From Sminthopsis crassicaudata (Eukaryota): a stretch of DNA of 64,000 bases. Shown here piece after piece: positions 53,401-64,000 of the stretch. The first letter of the stretch is position 1, and each line of letters begins with the position of its first letter. The stretch covers positions 354,111,261 through 354,175,260 of the forward strand of contig NC_133620.1 in the NCBI RefSeq assembly GCF_048593235.1, written 5' to 3'. Below the pieces are notes generated by a model. That model was given only the letters and a program-made list of their open reading frames with translations. It did no database searches and was not told the DNA's origin. The position numbers and the translations under genes are program-made.

Positions 53401-54538
53401 CTCTCCGAACGCCCCCTCCCGTCTTCGACGTCTCCTCCCTTTCCCTCCCCAATGTCTAGTTGGTTTTCGGGGTAGAAAACGCCCCTAGAAGGGGGGGAGG
53501 AAAGGGTAATTCGTGGGGTAAGAGTTCCAACCCTCCCTCTTCCAGGAGGTGGGCGTGTCGGTCCCTCAAGTCTGGCTTAGGGAGAGGTAGTCCCCTCCCT
53601 CCGCCCCCGCCAGCCACGGGGGTGCATGTGACTCTCTGGCCCTGGCTCCCCGTCTACCCCCCCCAAAACCAATAGGCTCTTAAGCAATGTTGATCCCTGC
53701 CCCACCCCTTCGCCTCCACAGGGCAGGGCGCTACAGACCTTGCCTAGAGACGTGCACAGTCCAGACTCCGCTGTTTGTTGGGGGGGGGGGGCACACTCTA
53801 AGTCGTGGGGGCTAATTTTTTTTTTGGGGGGGGGCTGGATGTGTAGTTCACTTTCCGCATGCGCGAGGCCACCCTATTGTTTTTCAGGCACCGGCGAAGG
53901 GCGGCGGCTGCAAGTGGACAGACGCATGGGGTGGAGCCCCTTCCCAGCGAGCACCCCAAAATTCCTTATCCGCAGGGATTGGAAGAAGCCCCAAGGCAGG
54001 GAGGGCTTGTGTGCAGCTCTGGACTCCGTTCACTTCCCCACACACCCCCTCGCTCCGCTTCCCTCGGAGCCACACCCCCGTCCCCATCCACGACCGTACC
54101 TGTACCCCCCCACCTCCTCCCGAGCCCGCTCACCTGGCGCTCGCCGACTCCCTCTCCTACCGCAATCACCACGCCCGCACCCTCCATCCCGGGGGTGAAG
54201 GGCACCGGCGGCAGCCGGTCGTACACCCCCTGGCGAATCATGAGGTCAGCGAAGTTGAGGCCGCAGGCTCGGACGCGAACGGTCAGCTGTCCGGGGCCCG
54301 GGGCCGGAGGGGTGGCCGGCCGGCTCTGCAGCTTCACTTTGTCGTAGCCGCCGAAGCCCGTGAGCACCAGGCAGCGCAACGGGGGCCGCTCCGGGGGGAC
54401 CTCGTCCTTGGCCGCCTCCGACGGCTGCGGGGCGGCGGGCTCCTCCGACTTGGGGAGCTGCGGAGGGGCATCGCCCCCCTCGCCGGCCGTGGCCGTCGCT
54501 GCAATGGCCACCTCCGCTGCCTCCCCCTCTGCGGACAT
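46826..54538 (-). CDS. VAT1: Synaptic vesicle membrane protein VAT-1 homolog (Zn-independent MDR/quinone-oxidoreductase-like), 399 aa
   Basis: Exons (minus) 54134-54538, 50956-51163, 50443-50613, 50226-50315, 47538-47779, 46826-46909 (1200 nt, in phase). Motifs LVLTGFGGYDKVKL, VRACGLNFADL, HMAAGGVG, GVDIVLDPLGG, KNVGKVILVP. Confidence 0.97.
48850..48965 (-). mobile_element. CR1/L3-like fragment
   Basis: acaggaatcctctcctacaacattcctcacaagtactcatccagcttttatctgaagacctc. Confidence 0.45.
50385..50437. repeat. (TC)n(AC)n compound microsatellite in VAT1 intron 3
   Basis: Direct reading; lies immediately next to the exon 3 donor. Confidence 0.85.
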
Positions 54539-54900
54539 GGCTCTCTCCAGCTCCGTCCGTTCGCCGCCGGTCCCGGGTGCACAGCTGTGGGGAGCGAGCT
54601 CCGGGCGCTGGGGAAAGCGAGGCGAGGGGCGCGGGGCGGAGCCGAGGAGGCGAAGAATCGCGAGGCGCGGGGCGGAGCCCGGGCGGCCGAGTTAAAGGGA
54701 CGCCAGAAGCGGGCCCGGCCCTAGTCAAATGGTACGCAGGCTCGCCGCGGCCTCCGCGCCCGCCCAGCCTAGAACGAAATGTCCTCGGCCCGCAGCGCGC
54801 GTGCATTCTAATAGTGCTAACGTTCCACTGGGGGGGAGACGGGAGGGCATTGTGAGCGTCTGCGAGGGGAGTGCGCAGAGAGAGGGGGCCTTTTTGTTAG
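53150..54900 (-). promoter_or_regulatory. CpG island / VAT1 promoter, exon 1 and proximal intron 1
   Basis: CpG-dense, with repeated GGGGCGGAGC GC boxes about 90-140 nt upstream of the VAT1 ATG. Confidence 0.7.
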
Positions 54901-56315
54901 TGAGACCGAGACAAATTAAGAATCCTAATGGTCCTTACCGACATCATTGTTAACAAATCCATTCCCCCACGTTTATTAAGTGTGTAACGGGCGCCGGGAA
55001 AAATGCAGAGAACAAAGCTATTCCTCCCCTACATTCTCAGGGCACGTTAGGGTTTTTCCCTTAAAACAGATTCTTTGTAACGATGAACAGCTGCGAAACT
55101 CTCAGCTACCTGCTGACATTTCCCAAAGACCCGGATGAAAATGCTTCTCCACCTGCGGACACAGAACTGACAGATTCTGGATGTGGACTGAAACTTTCCT
55201 TCCCACTTTGTTTTTCTTGTGGTAATATTTTCTTCTGCAACGTGGTTAATATGGAAATGTGTTTTATATAACTATGCATATTTGATAATATATATATTGA
55301 TATACTGCTTGTCTTCTCAAGGGGTGAAAGGGCAAGCGGGAGTAACTGAACTCAAAATTAAAAAAAAAAGAATGTTACTTTTTGACGTATAATTGATAAA
55401 TATTTCATGAAATAAATATAAATATATTTTTTAAAAGGTGAACTTTCCTTGTGTCAAGAAGCCTTTTGGTGACACCTATGGAGTGTTTTTTTTCTTCAAA
55501 TAATATTTAAATGCATAAAACATGGATAACACCATCAATTGACATAGGTAACCAAACACACACACACACACATATATATATAAGTACCTGGAGCCCAAAT
55601 TAAGTAATTTATGCTTCAGAAGGACTTCCCTTTTCCTTCAAAGCTCTGATGAAAGACCACAGACCTTTCTGATCTTAGTGGTTAGGGTGTGTCCTCTAAA
55701 TTACCTTGAAATGAGAAAGTGAATATTTTGTATTTTTTAAATTGTGTATTTGTTGTCCTCCATGCCAACTTAAAAATGTGAGTGTAGTCACTTTTTCATT
55801 TAAGTGTTTGTGTATTTTTCTGGCTTAAAACTAGAGATTTAAGAAATGCTGTTAATGATCACATTAGGGGCCTGAGAGAATTTGCCAAATCCTAAGGGTA
55901 CCCTGAAAGAAGAAAATCCTAGGTCCCAGGACTGAATTCAAGCTTTCTCCAACTGAAGCCCCAACCAGAAAAGATGTGACTTTATTATTATTATTATTAT
56001 TATTTTTATCTTTCCTCAGTAGAATCTAGGAACAATTTAGTGTACTCTCTAGTAGAAAAACGAATGGATTGCTAGTGGAGTAATATAATATAGGGGTACA
56101 TAAGGTGAAAAGAAACAGCTACATTGTTACATGACTTTATATGATATTGATTTTCTCTGTGTGCCTAGATTTTCTTCTCTCTAAAATGGAGATTAATTCA
56201 TTATGCATTCATTAATTCAATAAGCTTGTAGTAAGGACATGCAGATTCTGAGATAAAAACAAAAAATTCAAGTCTCTGTTGTTTTATTGGGATATGTATA
56301 CAGATTTAAATTTTA

Positions 56316-56526
56316 GGGGGCAGCTAGGTGGCGCAGTGGATACAGCACCAGCCTTGAATTCAGGAGGACCCGAGTTCAAATGTGGTCTCACACACTTACT
56401 TCCTAGCTGTGTGACCCTAGGCAAGTCACTTAACCCCAGCCTCAAAGGAAAAAAAAAGAAAAAAGAAAAGAAAACTACTTTGGCATGCATTTTGAAAATA
56501 AAAAGCTATTATCAAAATTAAAAAAA
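56316..56526 (+). mobile_element. WSINE1-type SINE followed by an L1-type 3' terminus inside one TSD
   Basis: TSD agatttaaatttta (56302-56315) and agattaaaatttta (56527-56540). Confidence 0.8.
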
Positions 56527-56765
56527 AGATTAAAATTTTAAAGTGTGCATGTGTACAACACATATGTATGTGTGTGTATATTATGAAAGAATTTGGGGAG
56601 AGGCACTGTAGGAGGAAGCATGAGAGCTAGGCCCTGAAGGAAGCCAGAAATTATGAAAGGCAAAGGTGAGGAGGAAGACCCTTCTATACCCAACAAATAA
56701 TTCATGTCCCATCAGGTTATTATTTTTTTTATAGTAAATGAAAACACTTAGAAAAAGTCAAATAA

Positions 56766-56921
56766 GGGGGCAGCTAGGTGGCGCAGTGGATAGAGCACCA
56801 GCCCTGAATTCAGGAGGACCCGAGTTCAAATCTGGTCTCAGACACTTAACACTTCCTAGCTGTGTGACCCTGGGCAAGTCACTTAACTGCCCCCCCCCAT
56901 TGCCTCAACAAAACAAACAAA
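56766..56921 (+). mobile_element. WSINE1-type SINE
   Basis: Canonical full body; short TSD caaataag. Confidence 0.88.
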
Positions 56922-57449
56922 CAAATAAGTGAAATCATCAAAATAAAAGTAAAATCATTAGTGCTCGGAGTAGTAGGGTTAGTCAGAGGAAATGGAGGTT
57001 AAGTAACAGATCACTCAGCTGGTTAGTAACAGGATAAGGGCACCTGGATTTCCTGTCTCCTGGTAAGACTGGTGCCAAACCATCGCGGTCTTGAGAACAA
57101 TAAAAGATCGCCTGCAAATGGGACTTCACGTTACTTTCCTCACAGCCCTGCACGGGAGAATCTTACACCAATAACACCACCTCTGTTTTGCAGGTGAGGG
57201 TACTGAAAAGATGACAATGACTTGTGTAAAGTCACAGGGCCAGTAAGGGGTAAAACCTGTCCTGGAACCTGGATTTTCTTGGCCCCCTCCTCTTCCCAGG
57301 AGGATGCCGCAGATGGTTCTGTGGGCTAACTATTAGGCACCGGAACTACAATCAGGCCTGACAGAGCCCAGACAGGATTTCAAGTCTAGCCTGGTGTGAG
57401 TCTGAATTCACCAGATGTCACAAAACAGGATTCTTCCCCCTTCGCCTAT

Positions 57450-59100
57450 CCTCAAATTCACCAGCAGAGGGCGCCGCTCTCCAAAAATTTGCCGGCAGAG
57501 CTCGTCGCCAGGAGCGGGCTTCTGAGCTCTCTCCGCTGCATCCAGGGCTCACATTGCAGTCACCACTACTCTCCCCTAAGACCCCACTTCTCGCCCCCCC
57601 TCTCCCCGGCGCTGACCGTGATGTCATCCCTGCCTCCCCGCGCCTCTGGCGCCGCGGCCGCCACGGATCCTCACAGCCCGTGCCCCCGCTTAGAGAGAGG
57701 GCACCCTGATTTTCTCTAGGATCTCCAGGGGCGACAAGAATTGAGGGCGCCCCCCCCCCCCGCAGGTCCGGAGGCGCACTGTTGCATGTGCACGTGGGTG
57801 CACGCGTTTGGTCGGAGGAGGGCGCTTAATCGGTAGAAGGAGCATACCGGCGGCCTCACCCCCAAGAAAACTTCTCCAGGCGTCGGCGCCCACCTCCCTA
57901 AGCTCCCTAACAAGTCCCCCCTCCCCCCCTCCGGCGGGGCCCTCCGGCCCTGGCCCCGCCCCGCCCTCGCAGCCCCTCCCCCTTGCGCTGGTGGGAGGCG
58001 GGGCCGGGGCGCGGTTCCCGGGCTGGGGGGCGGAGGCCGGCGGAGGCGGGGGGGCTGCCCGGGGCGGGGGCTCGGCGCGGGCCCGGGAGATGCCGGTGTC
58101 TGCCGGAGCGGCGGCTGCAGCGGCTGCAGCGGCTGCGGCGGCGCCCGGGCGGGGGGCCCTGGCTGGCGCGCAGTGAGACATGGAGGGGCAGAGCGGCCGA
58201 TGCAAGATCGTGGTGGTGGGGGACGCGGAGTGCGGCAAGACGGCGCTGCTGCAGGTGTTCGCCAAGGACGCCTACCCCGGGGTGAGGGGCCGCGCACCGC
58301 TGGGGCGCTCTCGGGAGGCTCGGAGCTAGGCGCCGGGGGCCGCGGGAGCGAGCGGGGAGCCTGCCGGCTGCGGCGGTAGGGGCCGGGGGTCAGGCAGCGC
58401 GGTGGGGGCGGGGGGACGGGGCTGGGGGGCGGGGGCCGAGGGGCGGCCTGCGATCTTGAGGTTCGGGGTACCCGGGGGACAGCAGGGGAAAGCGTCTGCA
58501 TCTGAGGAGCCAAGGAAGGGAAGAATGGGGGCTGCAGGGGGGGTCTGCAAGGCTCTCGGCTTCTTCCCTCCTCGGCGATTCCCGGAGTCCTCCACCCTCC
58601 ACTCCCCCCATTCCCCCGAAATCCCGGGGCGGTCAGTGCCAGGTCCTCCCCCGGGCTGAGGGGGGGGGAGTCCGGCCCGAGCGGGGGGGGGGGGGAGCGG
58701 GGAAGGTCCTCACGGTGCCCCGGCGCCTCCGTCCGCAGAGTTACGTCCCCACCGTGTTTGAGAACTACACAGCCAGCTTTGAGATCGACAAGCGCCGCAT
58801 AGAGCTCAACATGTGGGACACTTCAGGTAACTCCTCCCGGCCCCCGGGCTCAGGCCTCCGCGGACCCGCTCACCCCGAGTGCAGAACGCTTCCTTCCCCT
58901 GGGGCACGCGCCCGCCTGCCGGGCCCATTCATTCCCCTGCCAGGCCGGGGAAGGTGGGAAGGCAGGGCCGGATCCCGTCCTCTGGAGGGGAAACTGAGTC
59001 CGGGGCGTAGGAAGGACCCATCCCAGACTTGCAGGGAGCCCGGAGCCGGGACATCCGGAATATGCGGCTGTGGGACTGGGGGGAGGGAGTGACTTTTGCC
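57450..59100 (+). promoter_or_regulatory. CpG island / RND2 promoter and exons 1-2
   Basis: CpG-dense, with multiple GGGGCGG/CCGCCC boxes and a CACGTG E-box near 57790. Confidence 0.7.
57461..57475 (+). promoter_or_regulatory. CTCF consensus site
   Basis: CCAGCAGAGGGCGCC matches the CCASYAGRKGGCRSY core at every position. Confidence 0.55.
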
Positions 59101-60889
59101 CCCTTTTCCCTCTGAGGTGAGAGCCAGCTCGGAAAAGTCTCTTAATTGGTGAGTTTGGCAGACAGGGCTTGCCCAGATGCGGCAGACCGCCATCCTGTAA
59201 TGACTGAAAAGTTCTGCTGCAATCTGACTTCCTTACTCTTCTCCCTCCCGGTCCCGGCTCCAGGAGCCACGAAGGGCAATTCAAGGGCTATTTGACACTA
59301 TTAGTGATACTTCCCCGCCCTTTGTTGGAGTCCGGCTGAGGAAGAAGGGGAGCTCTGGGTCTTCTCCTCTGGAAGCATTGCCCGCTCCCTGACTGACCAG
59401 GCTTCCTCCCTCCACCTTCTACCAGCGGTCCTCAGACTTTTTAAGTAGGGGCCAGTTCCCTGTCCCTCAGACTGTGGGAGGGCCGGACACTCTATCTGCG
59501 CCCTCAGCCCACCTGCCATAACCGGGCGGCTGCAGAAACGTGCTCAGCCGGGCCGGAGTTTTGGAACCCCTGCCTAAGCCGTCTCCTGCCAGCTCTGGGC
59601 TCTTGGTTTTCCTCCCTCCGTAGGTTCCTCCTATTATGACAATGTCCGACCGCTGGCCTACCCAGACTCTGATGCTGTCCTCATCTGCTTCGATATCAGC
59701 AGGCCAGAGACGCTGGACAGTGTGCTCAAGAAGGTGGGAACTACTGTGGGAAATGTAGGTTCTCTCCTTCGGGAAGCCCGAGGACACCTGGGTAGAGCCT
59801 GGGCTCTGGGGACCAAGAAGGGGACTTCTGGGCCGTGTAGCCTAGCCAGCTGCGCTCAGACTCTCCTCTCCCAGGCGAGCCCTGGTTCTCCCCCCACTCC
59901 CACGCCCCCCCCTGGTCTCTGTGGCAGTTTGGGAGCTCCCTGAGCCCAGGGGGTGGGGCCGGGGAAGCCCTGCTCCCCAGCTGCCTTCTCCCCAGGACCT
60001 GATTTCCATGAGAAAAGTTTGTGGTGAATAGAGAGAAGTGGGCTCTTGGCCTGCTGGGTTCCTGGGAGGAGGAGGGGCAGGGGTCTGAATTAGTCAGTTC
60101 CCAGGGAAAGTTTGGGAAAGAGGGAGTTCCCTAACCCCAGCCCAAGTCTCCCTCTGAACTCGGCCATTCTCGCACTTCACTCAGAAGGTTCTCACGCTCC
60201 GGCCCCACTACCCGCAGACACTGTGATCTAACGGCTGAAGCAGGGAGTGAACGATTTCATAGTATGGGGGGAACACCCCTCCCCCAAACAAACCGCTTCT
60301 TTGCTCCCTCAGTGGCAAGGGGAGACCCAGGAGTTCTGTCCCAATGCTAAGGTGGTGCTGGTCGGGTGTAAGCTGGACATGAGGACAGACCTGGCCACGC
60401 TGAGGGAGCTCTCCAAGCAGCGGCTCATCCCCGTCACACACGAGCAGGTGCGCCCCGGCCCTCTGACCCAGTCCCAGGCCGGCCCCAGCCCGGTCCCTTT
60501 GCCTTCCTCGCCCATCTCTCCCCTGACCTGGCCACCACTCGTCCGGGTCCCTTCAGGGCCAGGTTCCCCCCCTCACTGGCCCGCAGTATCGGGGCCTGGC
60601 CCCCCCAGACCGTCATGACACCGCGCTCCCTCCGTCCCAGGGCAGCGTCCTGGCCCGGCAGGTGGGGGCTGTGTCCTACGTGGAGTGCTCGTCGAGGTCG
60701 TCCGAGCGCAGCGTCCGGGATGTCTTCCACGTGGCCACTGTGGCCTCCCTGGGCCGCGGCCACCGGCAGCTCCGGCGCAGTGACTCCAGGAGAGGCCTGC
60801 AGAGGTCGGCGCAGCTGCCTGGGAGGTCAGACAAGGGGGCCGAGGCCGAGATTCGCAAGGACCGGGCCAAGAGCTGCAGCGTCATGTGA
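58180..60889 (+). CDS. RND2: Rho-related GTP-binding protein RhoN/Rnd2, 227 aa
   Basis: Exons 58180-58281, 58739-58826, 59624-59733, 60313-60447, 60641-60889 (684 nt). P-loop GDAECGKT, Rnd-type DTSGSSYY (Ser at the Rho catalytic Gln position), GCKLD, and C-terminal CAAX box CSVM*. Confidence 0.97.
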
Positions 60890-61416
60890 GGGCTCAGAGC
60901 GGGCACCCGGCTGAGCCTGAGGGAGCGTGCTGGTCTGGAGTCGAGCTCGCCCAGGACCCCCCAGACTCACCCAGATAACCTAGCTTGATCTGGCACAGGG
61001 GCGGGATGGGTAGGAGGGAGGGGGAGATTTTTGTGCCCAACATCTTCTACCTCCCCTCCCTCTCTCTTCCTTGTGGAACTCTGGGAGCGTCCCTGATGCT
61101 TAAGCGATCTGGGCACATGCTACACGGAGCCCCAAGGTTGAGCCCAGAGGCATGTGTGCATGGACACAAGCATGTCCACAAAACATTTACACATATGAAC
61201 GTGAGGGAGATGAGGAGTGGGCCTCTCACTCCTCCCTCCCTACTCACACCCTGCCCCTCGTGGGCCCAGAGCCACCCCCTCCACTCCCATCCCTCATCTG
61301 CTTCTGCTGCTGTTTTCTCTGACCCCCTAACTCCAGCCACGTGCACTAAATTCAGGACAAAGGATATGTCCCCATTCAGTTCTCTTCCCTGCTGCCTTCC
61401 TCCCCCAAAGGAGGCT

Positions 61417-61422
61417 AATAAA
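61417..61422 (+). terminator. Candidate proximal RND2 poly(A) signal
   Basis: First AATAAA after the RND2 stop codon; further hexamers occur at about 62100 and 62385. Confidence 0.4.
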
Positions 61423-64000
61423 ACCCATGTCCATGGAAAGTGGCTCTACTTCAGTTCATTGCATTTTTCAAATCTACAGAAGGAAGCGAGACATGGAAAC
61501 TAGGATTTGCTGTTGTTTGAGGCTCCCACAGATGAGAAGACTCTTAGAGGTTGAGCAATGGAAGTCAGACCCCACCTGGGACTTCCTAATATTTGAAGGT
61601 ACCCAGAGGAGATGAATCTTGGTTAAAGACTGAGCTCTCTGTGGTGGAAGTCAGAGAAAGATGGGAGTCGTACTAGCTCTGGGAGGTGTTGAAGATTTTA
61701 GGACTGTAATGTGCATTGGCAGAAATAGTCTACCCCTTGTGCCCCCCATGTGCCACTTCCACAGAAAAAGGAAGTGCTCTGGGGAAAGTGGACTGGAACC
61801 GTTTCTCCAGCACTTCCCCCTGTCTTGGATAGAGGAACAAAATGTTGAGCAGATGACAACTTTCCCTGATGAAACCACTCAGCGGGGTCTATCAGAAAAA
61901 CCACTGTCCAGGTTCCCGGCCTGATTTCAAGTCATGAACTTCAAAGTGAATTAATCCTTTGCCAGTGTCCATCGTTGAGGGATGGGAGTATGTATTCCCT
62001 TCTCCCCTGAGGTTCTGGTATTCATTCTCATGGTCTTGGATCTCTCTCATTCAATGCCCAGGTTCCAAATTTTCCCTCCTTGAGGATGTATCACAGGAGA
62101 ATAAAAATCCCTTACATTTCCTTTTAACACTCCAGGTTGAGAAAATTAAGAAAATCTGTAATACCATTAGAGGGTTTGGGGGTTCTGGCTAGTTCCACCC
62201 AATTTCTGAGTTCAGGAGCAGGAGTTCTAAGGTTCAATACTCACCAGGGCTGGGCAAGGTTAATCAGTTCTAAATTTCATAGGATTAAAGGATTTGGAAC
62301 TAGAGAGACTTCATTCTACTTTCATTTTATAGATTTTATAACAGAGCCTATCATAGCCCTTTATTAAGCACATTGTAGGCGCTTAATAAATGCTTTCCAT
62401 GCAAACTGGGGTTCAAAGAGATTATTCCCTTGCCCAGAGTCTCATAAGGTAGCAAGTTCCAGAGGCAGAATATGAATCCAAGTCTTCTGTCTTCTAATCC
62501 AATGCTTTGTTTTAATTCATCCCTTGTGAAATGGAGAGTCCCGGGCGGAAGAGGGAAGCCCCATGGAATGGACTGTTATTATATGACCCAGGAAGGTGAT
62601 ATCTTTGTATGTTTTGTTAGGTGTTTGGTTGCACTCTGTGCACTTTTCCTCCCTGGCCCTGGTGCCAAGGACAGCAACCAGCAAGGGGGTGGGGTGGGGA
62701 AAGAATTATCTTGAACTTCTGGGAAATGAGAATTTTCTCATAGAAAAAGGATGGAGAATTTCTCTATAAACTAGAAAATCACAGCTGCACTGATGTGGAT
62801 TCCACTAATCCTCTTCCTGGGAGTGTTTTGAGGGGGAAATCCCTCCTTTCCAAACTCATCCCCCAGTCCCGGCCTAGTTCCTAATAACAGGGAAATGAAA
62901 ACTGGCCCACACGTTGTCAACTCTCCTAAGCAGAGAGAATGGTCCCTCACTGGGAGACATTTACCTACTTGTAACCCCCCATCTTGCCAATTCTTCCTCC
63001 ATGGCGTTCTCAGCTTCTCCCCACTTCCCCCAAGAGCCCAGGTCCCTAAATCTGCCTGAACCCCATTCCTATCCTAGTTCATAACCTATGCCCTCTTGGT
63101 TGGGATTTTCCCCTGGGAATCTGCTCTGAAATTTGTTATTTAAAAGAGTTCGCTCTCACTTCATCCCAAACAAAGAGGAAATTTCCAGTCATCTGCCCCT
63201 GACTCTCAGGGCCCAGTTTCTGTGTTAATGAAAAGCTAGGTCCCATAAGTATAGACACTTTGTATGACCAAGTCAGACTGGATTGTAGAGACCCGGCTGG
63301 GACTCGGGAGAATGAGACAGCTGGTGAGTGGCAGGAAGGGTAAGTCTCTATTTCTCTGCTACTTCTGGTGTTTATGAAGGCCTTGCGAGGGTCTTGTGGC
63401 TGCCCCAGCTGTGTGACTCAGATTTTATCTACTGACCTTCCTGTGCATCACCTGGGAAGGTCTTCTAAGGTGAGAAGAAATACTTACCTGCCTTGTGGCT
63501 ATCCGAGAAATAATTCAAGATTGGTTTTACTGGTCTGCTAACCCAGGTGATCTTTCCTCCTCTCCCATCTTCCCCCCAATGGTTTACACACACAAAAAGA
63601 AAACTCAAAATTTTAACATCAGCCTAAAAAAGACATAATTAAAAGATACACCTCTTGGGGAAGGGGGTATAAAACACCAGCGTTTAATGCATTTCCAGTG
63701 CTTGACATCCGGAAAAGGATTTCATATCCTCCTTTACTCCTGAGTTTGCCTGAAGTGCCCTGAGGTGGAGGGTGAGAGGGCAGACAGACAGAAAAGGGAG
63801 GGGGAAGGGGGTGAGAACGGGGGTGAGAACAGTTCTCTCTTGTTACTCTGAAGCCCCTCCTAGAGGGGAGGGTGGGGAACCCTGTCACCTAGGATGGGGA
63901 GGAAGCACGGGGGCTGGTTCAGCTGCTGCTTTCCCCACCAATTAGACATCCTAGTGGAAACAATGTCGCCTCAGTTAATCACTTAATGAAATAAACAGCT

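Noticed and set aside
54011-54806. ORFs of 186-237 aa overlapping VAT1 exon 1
   Set aside because: Shadow ORFs of a GC-rich coding exon and promoter.
57690-58513. Long antisense and alternative-frame ORFs (191-265 aa) over the RND2 promoter
   Set aside because: Pro/Arg/Ala-rich low-complexity translations expected in very GC-rich CpG islands; no recognisable domain.
61000-64000. BRCA1 terminal exons or an unannotated gene (donor-like motifs at about 63324, 63470 and 63487)
   Set aside because: No BRCT-like coding sequence and no coherent acceptor-exon-donor chain found; likely RND2 3' UTR or intergenic DNA.

Overview
Eukaryotic (mammalian) genomic DNA, almost certainly marsupial and probably dasyurid-like; the taxon is inferred from abundant WSINE1/MAR1-type CORE-SINEs and the L1 3' end types. 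The window is syntenic with human 17q21.31 and holds six intact, fully spliceable genes in the human order: PTGES3L (-, 7 coding exons, 162 aa), RUNDC1 (+, 5 exons, 615 aa), RPL27 (+, 4 coding exons, 136 aa), IFI35 (+, 7 exons, 284 aa), VAT1 (-, 6 exons, 399 aa) and RND2 (+, 5 exons, 227 aa). All exon chains were checked by hand for GT-AG boundaries and phase. AARSD1 and BRCA1, expected from synteny on the left and right, were not found inside the window. Introns and intergenic DNA are dominated by L1/HAL1, L2, CR1/L3, MIR, MAR1 and WSINE1 copies. I found no novel protein-coding system, endogenous viral element or RNA gene. The best second-look items are regulatory or evolutionary: an in-frame poly-Ala uORF ending 3 nt before the RND2 start, local AT-to-GC shifts in repeats beside CpG islands (including an intragenic island in IFI35), an inverted L1 pair just upstream of IFI35 exon 3, a CArG/E-box module at PTGES3L with no canonical poly(A) signal downstream of the gene, interlocked IFI35/VAT1 poly(A) hexamers, and a SINE-L1 chimeric insertion. 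Repeat family names and boundaries come from pattern recognition, not a database search, and are approximate.
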